Part shown: piece by piece, positions 52,424 through 63,816 of the stretch
Layout: each line of letters opens with the position of its first letter
How positions within the stretch are numbered: the first letter of the stretch is position 1
Assembly (NCBI RefSeq): GCF_001447785.1
Contig: NW_015175991.1
Span: forward strand, 120,712 to 184,711
Origin: Gekko japonicus
Lineage: Eukaryota
DNA length: 64,000 bases
Direction of reading: 5' to 3'
Notes under the pieces: model-generated
Databases searched by the model: none
Seen by the model: the letters and a program-made list of their open reading frames with translations, nothing else
Told to the model about the DNA's origin: nothing
Translations under genes and position numbers: made by a program

Positions 52424-53422
52424 TCACGAGTCTTCCATGGGTGCCTCAGAGCTATTGTGCTGCCTCGGATTTTGATGTGGTGAAGGTGAGAAGGGAAGCT
52501 TTCTTTTATGGAAGCGTCGTTCAAATCCTTGCACCAGGGCAAAGCAAAGCATTTTCAGTACCACAACTGCCGAGTCTTCATCCCAGATCTCGTATCTTGT
52601 GCCGTGATGTGTGAAACAGAACCTTGCCGGGGTGACCCATTTGTATTTTATATTTGCTGCCAACAGCTTAGCAGTGAAGGGTTTGAGCTCCCTTCCATTT
52701 CTGGATGTCCTCAGCTGGGATGTCAGGGAAGACTTGTATTTCTTTTCCCTGATATCGCAGAGCACCTTTTGCTCTAGCTACTTCAAGGATCTTTTTCTTG
52801 GCTCTCAGATCTCCAAACGAGATCACAATGTCCCTTGCTTGCTTCCTGCCTGGGTTGTAGGGGGAGCCCTTTCGGTACACATTGGTAATTACAGGAGCAA
52901 CACCCTCTTCCAGCTCCAGTTCAGCAGCTAACCAGGACGACAGAAAGCACCTCAGATCGGCTGTGTTCTCTGCGTCTTTTTCAAAACCGCGAAATTTCAA
53001 GTTGCATTTTTTAAGGTCGGTTTCCAAAATCATCAATTTTTCTTTAATTTGGGAGTCAGCTGACTCGAGCTCACGAACATCCTCTTGAAGCAGTTCAGTC
53101 ATAGCCATTGCACTCGCCGCCACCTTCGCAGAGTGATTCACAGAGATTTTAATTTCGTCTAACTGTGCTTTCACTGGCTCAAATAAGGAGGAGAAGGTGT
53201 CTAGCAGCCTCTTTTCTAGGTTTGCGATAGAAATGTTAAAGTTTTCAGTTATTAGAAATGGTGGCAGCTGCGGGCCATTGCTCTGAGCGTCAGCCATTTT
53301 ACGTTCTTCTGATCCATTACTGGAGCAGGCTTCTTCTTTTTTTCTGACACTTTAAAATACGCCGACAGAGGGTTAGAGCCTGGAGGGACATGTTTTCCTT
53401 TCGTTCCCCCAGGCTGTGGCAT
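52424..53422 (-). pseudogene. L1 ORF1, ORF2-proximal copy (ORF1b), frameshifted
   Basis: Coiled coil, then NLKFRGF..RDIVISF..KKKILEVAR.KG.LRYQGKEIQVFPD..RELKPFT.KL..NIKYKW (L1 ORF1 RRM and CTD pattern); probable ATG at 53422. Confidence 0.85.
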
Positions 53423-53537
53423 CCTTAGGTGAAAAGATTAGTGGCTTACTTTTGACCACAGTTAAGCGAAGGGAGTATGGGGATGGGAGCACCAAATTCA
53501 AGCAGCCACCATCCTCGCCAGTCGCGCACACACCCCC

Positions 53538-54507
53538 TTTCCCTCAATCGATATCCTTGCTTGGGGGCGGCTGCCACACGTTCCAAATCCGAATCTTCTC
53601 CAGTAAGTGCTTCATCATCACTCCCCTTGTTGCTCTTGTCATCCTCTTCTCCTGTTGGATCCAGATGTTGCTGCAGAAACTCTCTTGCTTCATAACAGAG
53701 TCAGTTTTTCCCCTCTTATCTTTGAACTTGAAGAGTATGCCTTCGGGTACAATCCATTTGTAGGATATGTTATTCTTTTGTAGAAATAAAGCCAAGTTCT
53801 GTATTTTTTCCTTATTTCAAAAGGAATGTGTTTCAAAATTCTTATCTCCTTGCCATCAGTTTTAAGGGTAGTTCCATTTATTGGTTTTAAGATCTGATCC
53901 CTCACTTGTCTTCTGGAGAATCTTACCACCACCTCGCCGGGCAGATTATTTTTCTTTATGTAGTCTGAATATGACCTATAGATCACATCTATTTCGCCTT
54001 GAAGAAAATCCGTTTTAAAATCTGCAACCGCCCCCAAAGCATCACTCAAAATCTGTTTAAGATTCTCCCCTTTAATCTCAGGAACTCCTTGAAATCTCAG
54101 TATATAGCTTGCCTTTTCCATTTGTAGCTGTAACAGCTGGGCTTCATCAGAGTTTCTCTTCTTTTCCATCTCCTGCATTTGCTTTTTAACTTTTTTAGTC
54201 TTGGCATCCACTTCTTTAAAATTCTCGGCTGTTTGCTCTGTTGTTTTTTGAAGTCTCATCTAGTTGCTGTTGCTGTGCAGTGAAATTTTGATTGAGTGTT
54301 TTCATTTGCTCCAGCAGGGGTCGCAATGCTTCTGTTAGCATCATAGAGAACCCTATGGTTGTTTCCGGTTGCGTGACCGCACTCGCTGGGCTAGCACTTC
54401 CTGAAGGAGGCTTAGGTTTGTTTGCTTATCTTTCTCTTTTAAGTCCATTTTTATTTCCGGGGGGGTTCCTGCCCCCCCCGCTTACTTTAGGGGGGACTTT
54501 CAGCCAT
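53538..54507 (-). pseudogene. Second, dissimilar L1 ORF1, distal copy (ORF1a), frameshifted
   Basis: Coiled coil, then ILRFQGVPE..EIDVIYR..LPGEVVVRFSRRQVRDQIL..GKEIRILKHIP..NISYKWIVPEG, and an acidic tail. Confidence 0.82.
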
Positions 54508-54824
54508 TTCTCTGGTTCTTGTTTTAACCAAACTCACTTTCAATGTAGATCATGTAGATCTCGCCTTCAAACGTTTAAAACGCTCAACCTCCTCTCGCTT
54601 GTCCCTGTGTGCGTCTCTGAGTCCACAGCAGCTAGACCGTCAGGGCATCAGAACGCCTCAATCCACCAGCAGCGTGCCAGGAGAGAGGCGATCCTCAACG
54701 TCCCATGGCTAGGAGCCCTTCACAAAGGCTCCAGGGGGACGTGTACAATCGCTCCCCCCTCTCATCCTCTGGTTCACGAATTGTGTCCTTGGGAGCTGCC
54801 ATTAGATCGCCAAAACCGGAAGTC

Positions 54825-55065
54825 GACAGGAAGAAAATTGATTCCTTTGAAATGTGTTGGAGCATTTTACAGATACCCTGGACCTTCAAAAAAACACAAA
54901 TCAGTGGTTCCAGATCAAATAAAGCATGAACTCTCTCTAGAAGCTAAAATTACTAAACTGAGTCTATTGTACTTTGGCCACATTATGAGAAGACATGACT
55001 CAATGGAAAAGGCAATAATGCTAGGAAACATTTAAGGCAGCAGGAAAAGAGGAAGACCCAACATG
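54825..55065 (+). mobile_element. RTE/BovB LINE fragment, right part
   Basis: Resumes the frame broken at 47502: DRKKIDSFEMCW..IPWT..LEAKITKL.LLYFGHIMRR.DSMEKAIMLG. Confidence 0.88.
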
Positions 55066-55224
55066 NNNNNNNNNNNNNNNNNNNNNNNNNNNNNNNNNNN
55101 NNNNNNNNNNNNNNNNNNNNNNNNNNNNNNNNNNNNNNNNNNNNNNNNNNNNNNNNNNNNNNNNNNNNNNNNNNNNNNNNNNNNNNNNNNNNNNNNNNNN
55201 NNNNNNNNNNNNNNNNNNNNNNNN
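55066..55224. other. Assembly gap
   Basis: Run of N. Confidence 1.
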
Positions 55225-56078
55225 ATGAGGAAGTAGAGGGATAGGTGATTTGCCCAACAAGGCTATGGGCTGAAGAGAGAGAAGAATGGGATCCTGTCTG
55301 CATACTGTGTATTCTCATAGGTTCTTCCTTGTGTTTAATTAGAAGCTAGAACTTCTTGGAAGCGACTTGTCAGCACTTAACACATTCCATAACTTTTAAA
55401 ATTAAAGATGCCATCTGGAGATTGTGTAATTAAGATTAATTGATTGTTGATTTTAATCTGTATTTTTGTATGTTTTAACATGTTGTAAATTGCAGAACCA
55501 TGTACTGAGGTATGAAGCAATTCAGAAATTTAATACATAACAAAAACAACAACTTTTATCCCATCCTTTCTCCAAGGATTTTAGCATGCAGAAGTGTTCA
55601 TAGAATTAATTATAATCTCACTACCCTGTGGTGTAGGTAGGGCTGAGAGAAGAGCATCTAAATCTGCACTGGTTTGTACTGTTAGTACACTGTAATTCAC
55701 TGCTAAGAACACCACCAAGAGATTTTAACCAGTTGCAAAACACATCTTAAGTAAAACTGGTACACTCATGCTTGGTGTTCCAAATTTGTTTTAAAAAACT
55801 GACCATGTATTCACAATGTAGAAAATAAATTTCCTCATAATGCCCTTACTTGCTTTTCGTTTTTGGACAGGCAGGCATGATCAAAATATAAAGAAACCGT
55901 TAAACACTGATTTCAGTAGCTTGAAAAAGTGGTGTGAAATTGTGTAACTACTGCAACCAGTTCTCTCAGATTGTGAATTTGCCTCCACTTCCCACGGACT
56001 GGTAAACTCTTATTTGGATTAATACAGTGTGCTTCATGCCCCGCTAGGCCACCTATCTCTGCCCACTTCCTGAAAGCA

Positions 56079-56130
56079 NNNNNNNNNNNNNNNNNNNNNN
56101 NNNNNNNNNNNNNNNNNNNNNNNNNNNNNN
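56079..56130. other. Assembly gap
   Basis: Run of N. Confidence 1.
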
Positions 56131-56539
56131 ACTATTGTACATTGCCTTTTAATGCCACAGGTTGCTTTCCTTCTACCCAAATAAATAAATGTGGCATGTC
56201 TACAAATGTGATATAAAAGGTGAGAACAGACTTGCTACTACGCATAAGCCTGTAGCACAAACAAAACTGTATTCTACCATCAGTCTTTCCTGATCTAAAG
56301 CCCACTTCTTCAGAGGCCCAGAGTCAACGGGGTTTTTTTCCAAGCGAAAGTCAAACGCAACCTCGAAGGTCTAGAGCACAACAGAGGCTGCTGGTAGCCG
56401 CGCCGATGCAAAACCAAATCCAAAAACAAACGCCCCTTCCAATTAATACCTAGAGTAACACAATGCTCCGACTCGCTCGCGGCCTCCCACCTACATTCGT
56501 TTCTTACACATTAAAGCAGTTCATGACCCAAAGAGCGCG

Positions 56540-57008
56540 CGAAAACGAATAGGACTGGCTATAGAGTGAGTACGGCAGACCCACCTCCCAAATCCACCTC
56601 CGATATCTGATTGGTTAACTCGAATGCCTCATTTATCACTTGGTTGGCTGTTTAGACATCAGTCCGTCCTGGCATTTGGTAATTGGTCAGATAAGCAAAG
56701 CCGGCGAGCGTCGAGTGGCTGAAAGCTTTTCCACTATGAAACATAGGACTGAATGGTTGGCTGAGATAGAAGCAGACGATTGGATTAACTTGGTGCCTCT
56801 TACAGTCACAAGGCGGTCTCTCGCTACGATTTCCAGCAGCTATTGGATAAGAGCGTTGTCTCTCCGAACTGCGAGTGACGATTGGCGAATTTCTTGGACG
56901 AGACACGTTACGTGTGGGCGGGCCGACTCCCCCACCCCTTCCTCCCACGATTCCTCCGGCCTTGCTTTCTGCTGGGTAGGACGTGCTGTGGTGGTTGCGG
57001 CGGTAGGG
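56540..57008 (+). promoter_or_regulatory. PNN promoter: CpG-rich, with five same-orientation CCAAT boxes and a GC box
   Basis: ATTGG at 56610, 56682, 56779, 56842 and 56881; gggcgggc at ~56916. Confidence 0.75.
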
Positions 57009-57121
57009 ATGGCGGTAGCTGTGCGTGCTCTGCAGGAGCAGCTTGAGAAGGCCAAAGAGAGCCTCAAGCACGTCGATGAGAACATCCGCAAGCTCACGGG
57101 GAGGGACCCCAACGATGTGCG
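57009..57121 (+). CDS. PNN: Pinin, exon 1
   Basis: MAVAVRALQEQLEKAKESLKHVDENIRKLTGRDPNDVR; donor cg|GTgagg. Confidence 0.97.
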
Positions 57122-57812
57122 GTGAGGTTGATGGGAGGATAAGGCCGGGGCGGGCACGCTAGAGCCGAGTGGAAGCAGTTAGGCTCATTAACCAATGAAG
57201 GGGTTCTTTTGCATCTCATTCCTTCGTAAGTGCGCAACCTTACTTGGCTTTTGTTGCAACCCGCAAGTTAAAGGAGTGTGTGTGTGCATCTGTTTTCAGG
57301 CGTGGTGATCTCTGGTTTGCGCTGTTTTTTGGCCACAGAGAGGACTAGAAGAAGCTCCGGGGGAATGGGGTGAAATGGGAGGGGTATTGGGAGAGTTAGG
57401 TCCAGGGTGAGAGGAAAGTAGTTGTAGGAGAGGGAGTGGGTGTAGCCAGCGTGATGTTACTGGTTAGCGTGTCATCTTAAGATCTTGAAGACCCAGGTTC
57501 AAGTTCTCAGTCTGCTATGAAAGCTCGCTGGGCTGAATTACCTCACAGGGTTGTTGTGAAGGTAAAATGGAGGCGGGGAGGACACTTGGACGGTGGGTGG
57601 GATAAACTTGTGCTCCTTAAATAACGTATTTTGAGCTGCTGGTGATGGAGAGAATCCTGTATGAGGAAAACATACTGCTTAATTTCTTCATGCTGCCTAT
57701 TTGACTTGGAAAGTGCAGCCGCTCCAAATATGAAGTCCTCTGAAATGTTTTTTGGATGTGCATTGATGTTTGGTTTTTGTTTTCTAATGACTATGGCTTT
57801 TCTGATTTCCAG

Positions 57813-57884
57813 GCCAGCTCAAGGTAGATTGTTGACCCTCACAGGCCCTGGTGGAGGTAGGGGGCGTGGAAGTATATTGCTGAG
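57813..57884 (+). CDS. PNN: PNN exon 2
   Basis: AG/GT flanks; PAQGRLLTLTGPGGGRGRGSILLR. Confidence 0.95.
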
Positions 57885-58484
57885 GTAAGAACCTGCATTC
57901 AAGTGTTTGATATTGATTGTGTATGGAACTCTGGGCAGTTCTTGTGCTGTATCACTCAATGCTTTCAGTTTATTTGAGTTACTAATGCCACATGGACAAT
58001 ATGTATTTAAGGGACACAATTTCAGGAGACTTAAATGTTCTAGTACTTTGATATCCATGATTCTGTGTTTCCCAATGCAGTCCTGTGCAGCGTTACTTCA
58101 GTTTAGGTTGAATTAACTTTGTATTGCCTTGTATTGTTGCTTTTGCTGCTCCCCACCACTGCTGCCATGAGGTTGTGTACAAAGCTTTAGAATCTGTGCC
58201 ACTAGATCCTATGCTTCTTTACTTGGAAGTAAGCAGCAATCATAAGACTGTCAGGCTGAAGGTTGTTTGCAGTGGTACAGTTTAATAACGATGTGGGATA
58301 AATTATGGGGCATTTGGAGCAGAACCCTGGTTGATTTGCATAGGGGTGTGTGTAAGCCTCTGCTTGCACAGCAACAGCCAGTTCAGAGATCTGTGATTTA
58401 AAGATCGATTTGAGTAAATGTAACACTTTAAAAGTGTCTTCTGGAAAGAAGACTAAACAATAAGTAAGCTGACAAGTTAGTGAC

Positions 58485-59806
58485 TAGGGATGGGCATGAA
58501 CCTTCCCGTTTACTGAACTGGTTTGTTTCGTGAGGTTCGTGATGGGGTAGAACGGCCCCCCAGTGGCTAGATGACAAACTCGCAGCAAGTCTCCAGCTGA
58601 CTCTTCTCTTCTACCAAAAGGAGATTGCCCCCCTTTTCCCTTCCAACCCTGTGATCCTCAACTTCTGGGCCTCCTGGGGTCCCCCTTTTTGTTCTGGCCT
58701 CATCTGCTGGCCTCCCTTTGACTGCCCCACAGGCCGGTTCTCCAAAGTTTGCTTGTTTTATTTAACCTATATCCGTCCCTTCCCTGCAGGCAAGCTCAGG
58801 GTTGCAACATAAATATAAATAATGAAAACTTCTTAAAACCATAACAATAAGAATCCTGAGTAAAAGACAGATGGTAGGCCAGCAATAATTGATTGTGCAT
58901 CTTGTGCTGAAGATCAGGTGGATGGAAATATGATAAACAGCCCCATTACAATTGATGGTGATGACTGCCAACTGCATCATAAGGCAATTTGAGTGCAGTT
59001 TGGGCAAGAGGGGCCTAAATGAATGGACGCCCGCTAGTTAGCCAAAAGCCTGGTGGAACAGCTATTTTACAGTTTCTGTGGAACTGTAATAAATCCTGCA
59101 GAGCCCTGATCTCAATTGGAAGCATGTTCCACCAGACTGGGGCCAGGACAAAGAAGGCCCTGGCCCTAGTCGGGGCCAAGCAGGTGTCTTTTGGGCCAGG
59201 GACTGCCAGTCAATGTTGCTCTGCCAAGCATAAAGCTTTCTGGGGCACATATGGGGATAGACAGTCCTGCTGATATGTTGGTCCCTGGTCGCATAGGGCA
59301 TTAAAGATTAACCCCAGCACTTTGAACCGGATCCAGTACTCATTGGTAGCCAGTGCAATTGACGCAACACAATCCGAATGCATGCCCGCACAGATATTCC
59401 AGCCATTTCTGCAAATAAGAGATTGCCTTCCCCTTTCTCCCCCAAGCCTTGAATCGCTGACTCTTCTCTTTCCTGTGCTGGCAAGCTCCCCTCCTCCGCC
59501 TCTCCCTCATCTCCTTCCACCCCCAACCTGGGCTCATTCACACTTTCCTCCACGCCACTGGGACTCACGAGGGTCACTTTTGTTTGGTGTTTGGAGGGTC
59601 ACTATTGGTGTTTCCAGCACTGCAGAAGTCCAAACCCCACCCCCCCTTTGCTTTGTCAGTTAATTGATCGGTGCCAGCATGTCTGCCATGTGAACCGCCA
59701 GCACAAATAGCACGAACCTCTGTAAGAACCATGGAGGTTCATGTGAGGTTTGCTGCAGGCACAGTCACACAACCCTTAATTCAGATGAAGTTCATGCCCA
59801 TCCCTA
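58485..59806. mobile_element. hAT non-autonomous transposon carrying a nested L2 fragment
   Basis: TIRs TAGGGATGGGCATGAAC / GTTCATGCCCATCCCTA; exact 8-bp TSD TTAGTGAC (58477-58484, 59807-59814). Confidence 0.88.
58757..59390 (-). mobile_element. L2 3' fragment nested in the hAT element
   Basis: Minus strand VLRQLHWLP..FKVL; similar to 30250-30660. Confidence 0.78.
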
Positions 59807-60085
59807 TTAGTGACCATACAACTTAACTCTTTTTAATACAATTTGTCCTTTATATAGTGTATTTATTATGCTAGTTGACATAGTAGTCCTTATTTAATGT
59901 TGTGTTCAAAAATAAAATGATGTGGTACACAGTATCTTTCATGTTTATGTTTCATGTTCCACAGTATATTTCCTGTTTATGAAATTGCTGTGAAAATTGG
60001 CTTAGATGTGAAGGCAGACTAGAAAAATGTAAAGACACTAGTTGCTAACAAGGCAGGTAGATGTTATAAATCTGCTTTCCAGATA

Positions 60086-60300
60086 ACTAAGAACATAAGA
60101 GACGCCAATGTTGGATCAGGCCAAAGGCCCATCCAGTCCAACACTCTCTATCACACAGTGGCCAGAAATACCAGTGCCATCAGGAGGTCCACCAGTGGGG
60201 CCAAGACATTAGAAACCCTCCCACTGTTGACACACACACCCCCAGCACCAAGAAGACAGAGCATCACTTGCCCCAGAGCCCCTATCTATACCTTGTGGCT
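60086..60300 (-). mobile_element. CR1 3'-end fragment
   Basis: taagaacataaga...tgttggatcaggccaaaggcccatccagtccaacactct is the reverse complement of 36400-36465. Confidence 0.8.
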
Positions 60301-60800
60301 GAAAATCCAACCAACCCATTTGTATGGCTGCTACTCTCCCAGTGGTTTAATCAAAAGTTGTTCATGTTCTCTTCCCATTCTCTTGTCTTGAGGTTATTTG
60401 CTGATGCTGCACACAGCACAAAACTGGCAGTAGAAATACTGCTGAGCATGCAGCTACCAGAGCATGGGACTGAAGAAGGACATGTGTTTCTTCCAGTTGA
60501 TAAGAGACTGCTGACTTCAGTCTGGAAGACAGGCACATCTCTTCGTTGTTGCCTGGAATGTCGCTGTGTCATAGAAGCTACACATGCAGTTCTTTGTACA
60601 CAGGCAAATACCTGCCATGGTTGCCTGGAATGAAAGCTTCTCCCATTAGATAAGGCAAACTGAGTGTCTGTTATACAGCTAGTTGCCTGTGAGGCATGGT
60701 ATCAATTTCTGTACAAGGTTATATGGGATCTTAGTTGTTGAAAGCCTTCACTGTTATTACACTGATTTCATCAACACTTTGATCTCCTTCTTGGTTTCAG

Positions 60801-60869
60801 GCGTGGATTCTCGGATAGCGGAGGAGGACCCCCAGCCAAACAGAGGGATTTGGAAGGGGCGACCAGTAG
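60801..60869 (+). CDS. PNN: PNN exon 3
   Basis: AG/GT flanks; RGFSDSGGGPPAKQRDLEGATSR. Confidence 0.96.
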
Positions 60870-61795
60870 GTGAGTAAGAAAGAGTGGACTTGAAACTTGC
60901 TTGCATGCTTTTTAACCTACTTTTCTCTGCTTGTTGTGGACTTGGAGAAGCTTACAGTCCCCTCCAAAAAAGCCTCAACAGGAAACCATCATATGCTATA
61001 TACATTTCAAACCAAGTTACCAAACAACTGCACTACCTGCTATTGACAGACTAATCCATTGCTTGAGGCCACAGCTGCACTGTTCGTTGAAACAATCCCT
61101 CCCCATGTACCTCATGGAGAAATATCCTTGAATATATTACTGTAGTCCTTTAACATCTTCCACAGATGCCTGAAGATCAATTATTGTAATGACAGTTTTC
61201 CTTTTATCATAATAAGGCAATAAATTCAGAAGCAACTGTTTCCTAGATCCTGGGGCTGCATTACACTTTGCCAAATGTCTGTGCAGAGATTAATAACACA
61301 AGTTATTTCCATGTATAGCTAATGGAGAAGTTGAGAATTAGTATTTATTTTCTGAATCCTGGAATCCAGACTTCCTGTGTCCCTCCATTTCTCCTGCAGC
61401 CCTCTGTGCTTCCTGAAAAGCGGAAATTTAGTTGGGAAATTTATACTTAACACAGGAAGCTGTACTCATTAGAGGAAACAGTGCAAGTTGAAGCATCTGG
61501 TCACCCACATAGAGCATGTTAAATTCCAGTAAGGAACTTGTTAATGAGTTAGGATCAAAAGAGATTTTGAAGGACTAGATCTCTTGATTTTTTTAGTTTA
61601 GCAGCTATGTTATTCTGTTGTAGCAAAACACAATACAAGTCCAGTGTTAAAAACTAACAGTGTTTATTCTATCATGAAAGCTCATTCTGGAATTAAGTTG
61701 CCACTGAACCTGTAGTTTTGGTCTTATTAACATTATTTTTAAATCCCGTTTAAGTTATTGCTGTGGTTTTAATACTTGACACGTTTTTAATTTAG

Positions 61796-61868
61796 GCTGG
61801 CTGGGGAGCGTCGGACAAGGAGAGAATCACGCCATGAAAGCGACGCAGAGGATGATGATGTTAAAAAA
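61796..61868 (+). CDS. PNN: PNN exon 4
   Basis: AG/GT flanks; LAGERRTRRESRHESDAEDDDVKK. Confidence 0.96.
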
Positions 61869-61957
61869 GTAAAGTATACCTGAATTTTCATGTGGGGGAA
61901 AGGAGGGGGAAATGAGTAAAAATGTTAATTTAACCTAGTTTTATCCTGTTCTTGCAG

Positions 61958-62052
61958 CCAGCGTTGCAGTCTTCTGTTGTTGCTACCTCCAAAGAGCGAA
62001 CACGCCGAGACCTCATTCAAGATCAAAACATGGATGAAAAAGGGAAACAAAG
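61958..62052 (+). CDS. PNN: PNN exon 5
   Basis: AG/GT flanks; [32 protein letters not shown]. Confidence 0.97.
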
Positions 62053-62662
62053 GTATCTAGATTTGAATTTAATGTGACATGAGGTTTTTGAAACTTCAAG
62101 ATATAGTGAAGTCTTGGAATGGTGTGAGTGGGTACTGAAGGCATGGTAACTCTTCGCCTAGTTTCTGCATTGCATAGATTACACGTGTGAAATGCTTCAT
62201 GATAGCCTAGTCTGTTTTAAGAAATGAATGAAGTGTATTTCATACAAAAGTTAATAACATGCAAGTTCCAACAGCTTTTGGAATTTACAGTGTTCGTGTG
62301 AGTCAGAACAAGGACTAGCAAAAGGTATTAACACTCAGGGTTTTATAGCTGTGGCTTGAAGTCTGCCACTTGTATTCCATGGAATTAAGCATCTCTGTTC
62401 TCTGTGTCCATGGAACTTAATTGTACTATGCCTTCTTGTAAATTTTTCCATGAGATGTTTCGAATACTGTCCCCCATTTTATCTTTATCTCTTATTGTTT
62501 CTCTGTTTTTAAATCTGCTTTTTCTATTGTATGTTCTATTACCTTGTTTTAAATTGCCTGTATTCTTAGCTGCTTTGGAAGGCTTTGAAAATCTTGTTGT
62601 GATACTGTCTCTTAAGTGCCTGGAGTAATCATACTTTTCTCCTCTCTTCTGTATTCTGTCAG

Positions 62663-62738
62663 GAATCGGCGTATATTTGGCCTGTTGATGGGTACTCTTC
62701 AGAAGTTCAAACAAGAATCTACAGTTGCTACTGAGAGG
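62663..62738 (+). CDS. PNN: PNN exon 6
   Basis: AG/GT flanks; NRRIFGLLMGTLQKFKQESTVATER. Confidence 0.97.
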
Positions 62739-63660
62739 GTACTAATTTTCTGTCCCTAGAAATTTTAACTAGAAGAAAATTGAATATTTCCATATAGCAA
62801 AATTAATATCCCACATGGAAAGAGTCTTGCTCCCGGTGACTCAGTAGTTTTCTGTTGTATTGTCTTTTCAAGAATATCATTTTCAAGTAGAAAGACAAAT
62901 GGGAAGAGAGTTTAAATATATAACTCATTATTATTATTTTAAATGCAACTTAGGACTTGATGAGCCATGAGTTTGTAGTCTCACTTGCACACAGACCTCT
63001 CCAGGTGACTTTGCACTGGTTACACTCTTTCAGCCTAGCCTACCTCAGAGGGTTGTGAGGGGAAAAATAGAGTAGATCTGTGTATGATACTCTGAGCTGC
63101 TTAAAGTTGCTTTGAAAACTATTTATTTGATTTATATACCGCCCTCCCCGCGAGCGGGCTGAGGGTGGCTTACATCAGTACTGTTAAACAATCGTTTAAT
63201 CATTTTTAAAACTGGAAAAACACTATAACACTTGATATTTCTCCCTCTGTAAAACTTTCTTGCTGGGACTTTACCTTTGTAGAACAAGAAGCAAGAAAGC
63301 CAGTCCTGCCTGCCTACTAGAAACAGTGGGGTAGAGCCTTCTCCTATTTACTGTTCCACTGAGTAAAGTCTGAAGGTTTTTCCACCAATGGAAAACCCAC
63401 TTTGGTTGAAGAAGAACCTTTGGGTTTGGAGGATCGTTGGATCCATCCCAGCATGTAACTGCTAAGCAAGGCAATGTGGATCTCTAAACTAAATATATTT
63501 AGGATTGCAGTTTTAGATGTGAAGTAGAGATTTTAATCTTAATCCAGGATCACAGGGTCAAAATTAAACTTCAGAAACTAAGACTGAGTCTTTATTCTGT
63601 GATAATTTTATCTAAATTTGATGTTGCTGAGTAAATATAAAACTATTTTCTCTTCTGCAG

Positions 63661-63816
63661 CAAAAAAGGCGACAAGAAATTGAACAGAAACTTGAAGTGC
63701 AAGCAGAAGAAGAGAGAAAGCAAGTTGAAAATGAGAGGCGAGAACTTTTTGAAGAAAGACGTGCTAAACAAACAGAGCTGCGGCTTTTAGAACAAAAAGT
63801 TGAACTTGCTCAGTTG
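63661..63816 (+). CDS. PNN: PNN exon 7 (the gene continues beyond the window)
   Basis: AG/GT flanks; [52 protein letters not shown]. Confidence 0.97.

Larger units (their letters stand above)
47503..54824 (-). mobile_element. Full-length-type L1 insertion with two ORF1-like genes and ORF2
   Basis: 13-bp TSD GACAGGAAGAAAA (47490-47502, 54825-54837) splitting a BovB reading frame; 5' end GACTTCCGG on the minus strand; short A-rich 3' end; contains an assembly gap and a Sauria SINE. Confidence 0.88.

Noticed and set aside
54292-55035. 247-aa plus-strand ORF, a possible ORF0-like antisense L1 gene
   Set aside because: Starts at a non-ATG codon, is antisense L1 5' sequence fused by chance to the BovB remnant, and has no sign of being a real protein.
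56640-57008. 123-aa in-frame N-terminal extension of PNN
   Set aside because: Starts at TTG and runs through the CCAAT-box promoter, probably upstream of the TSS; the conserved start is MAVAVR.
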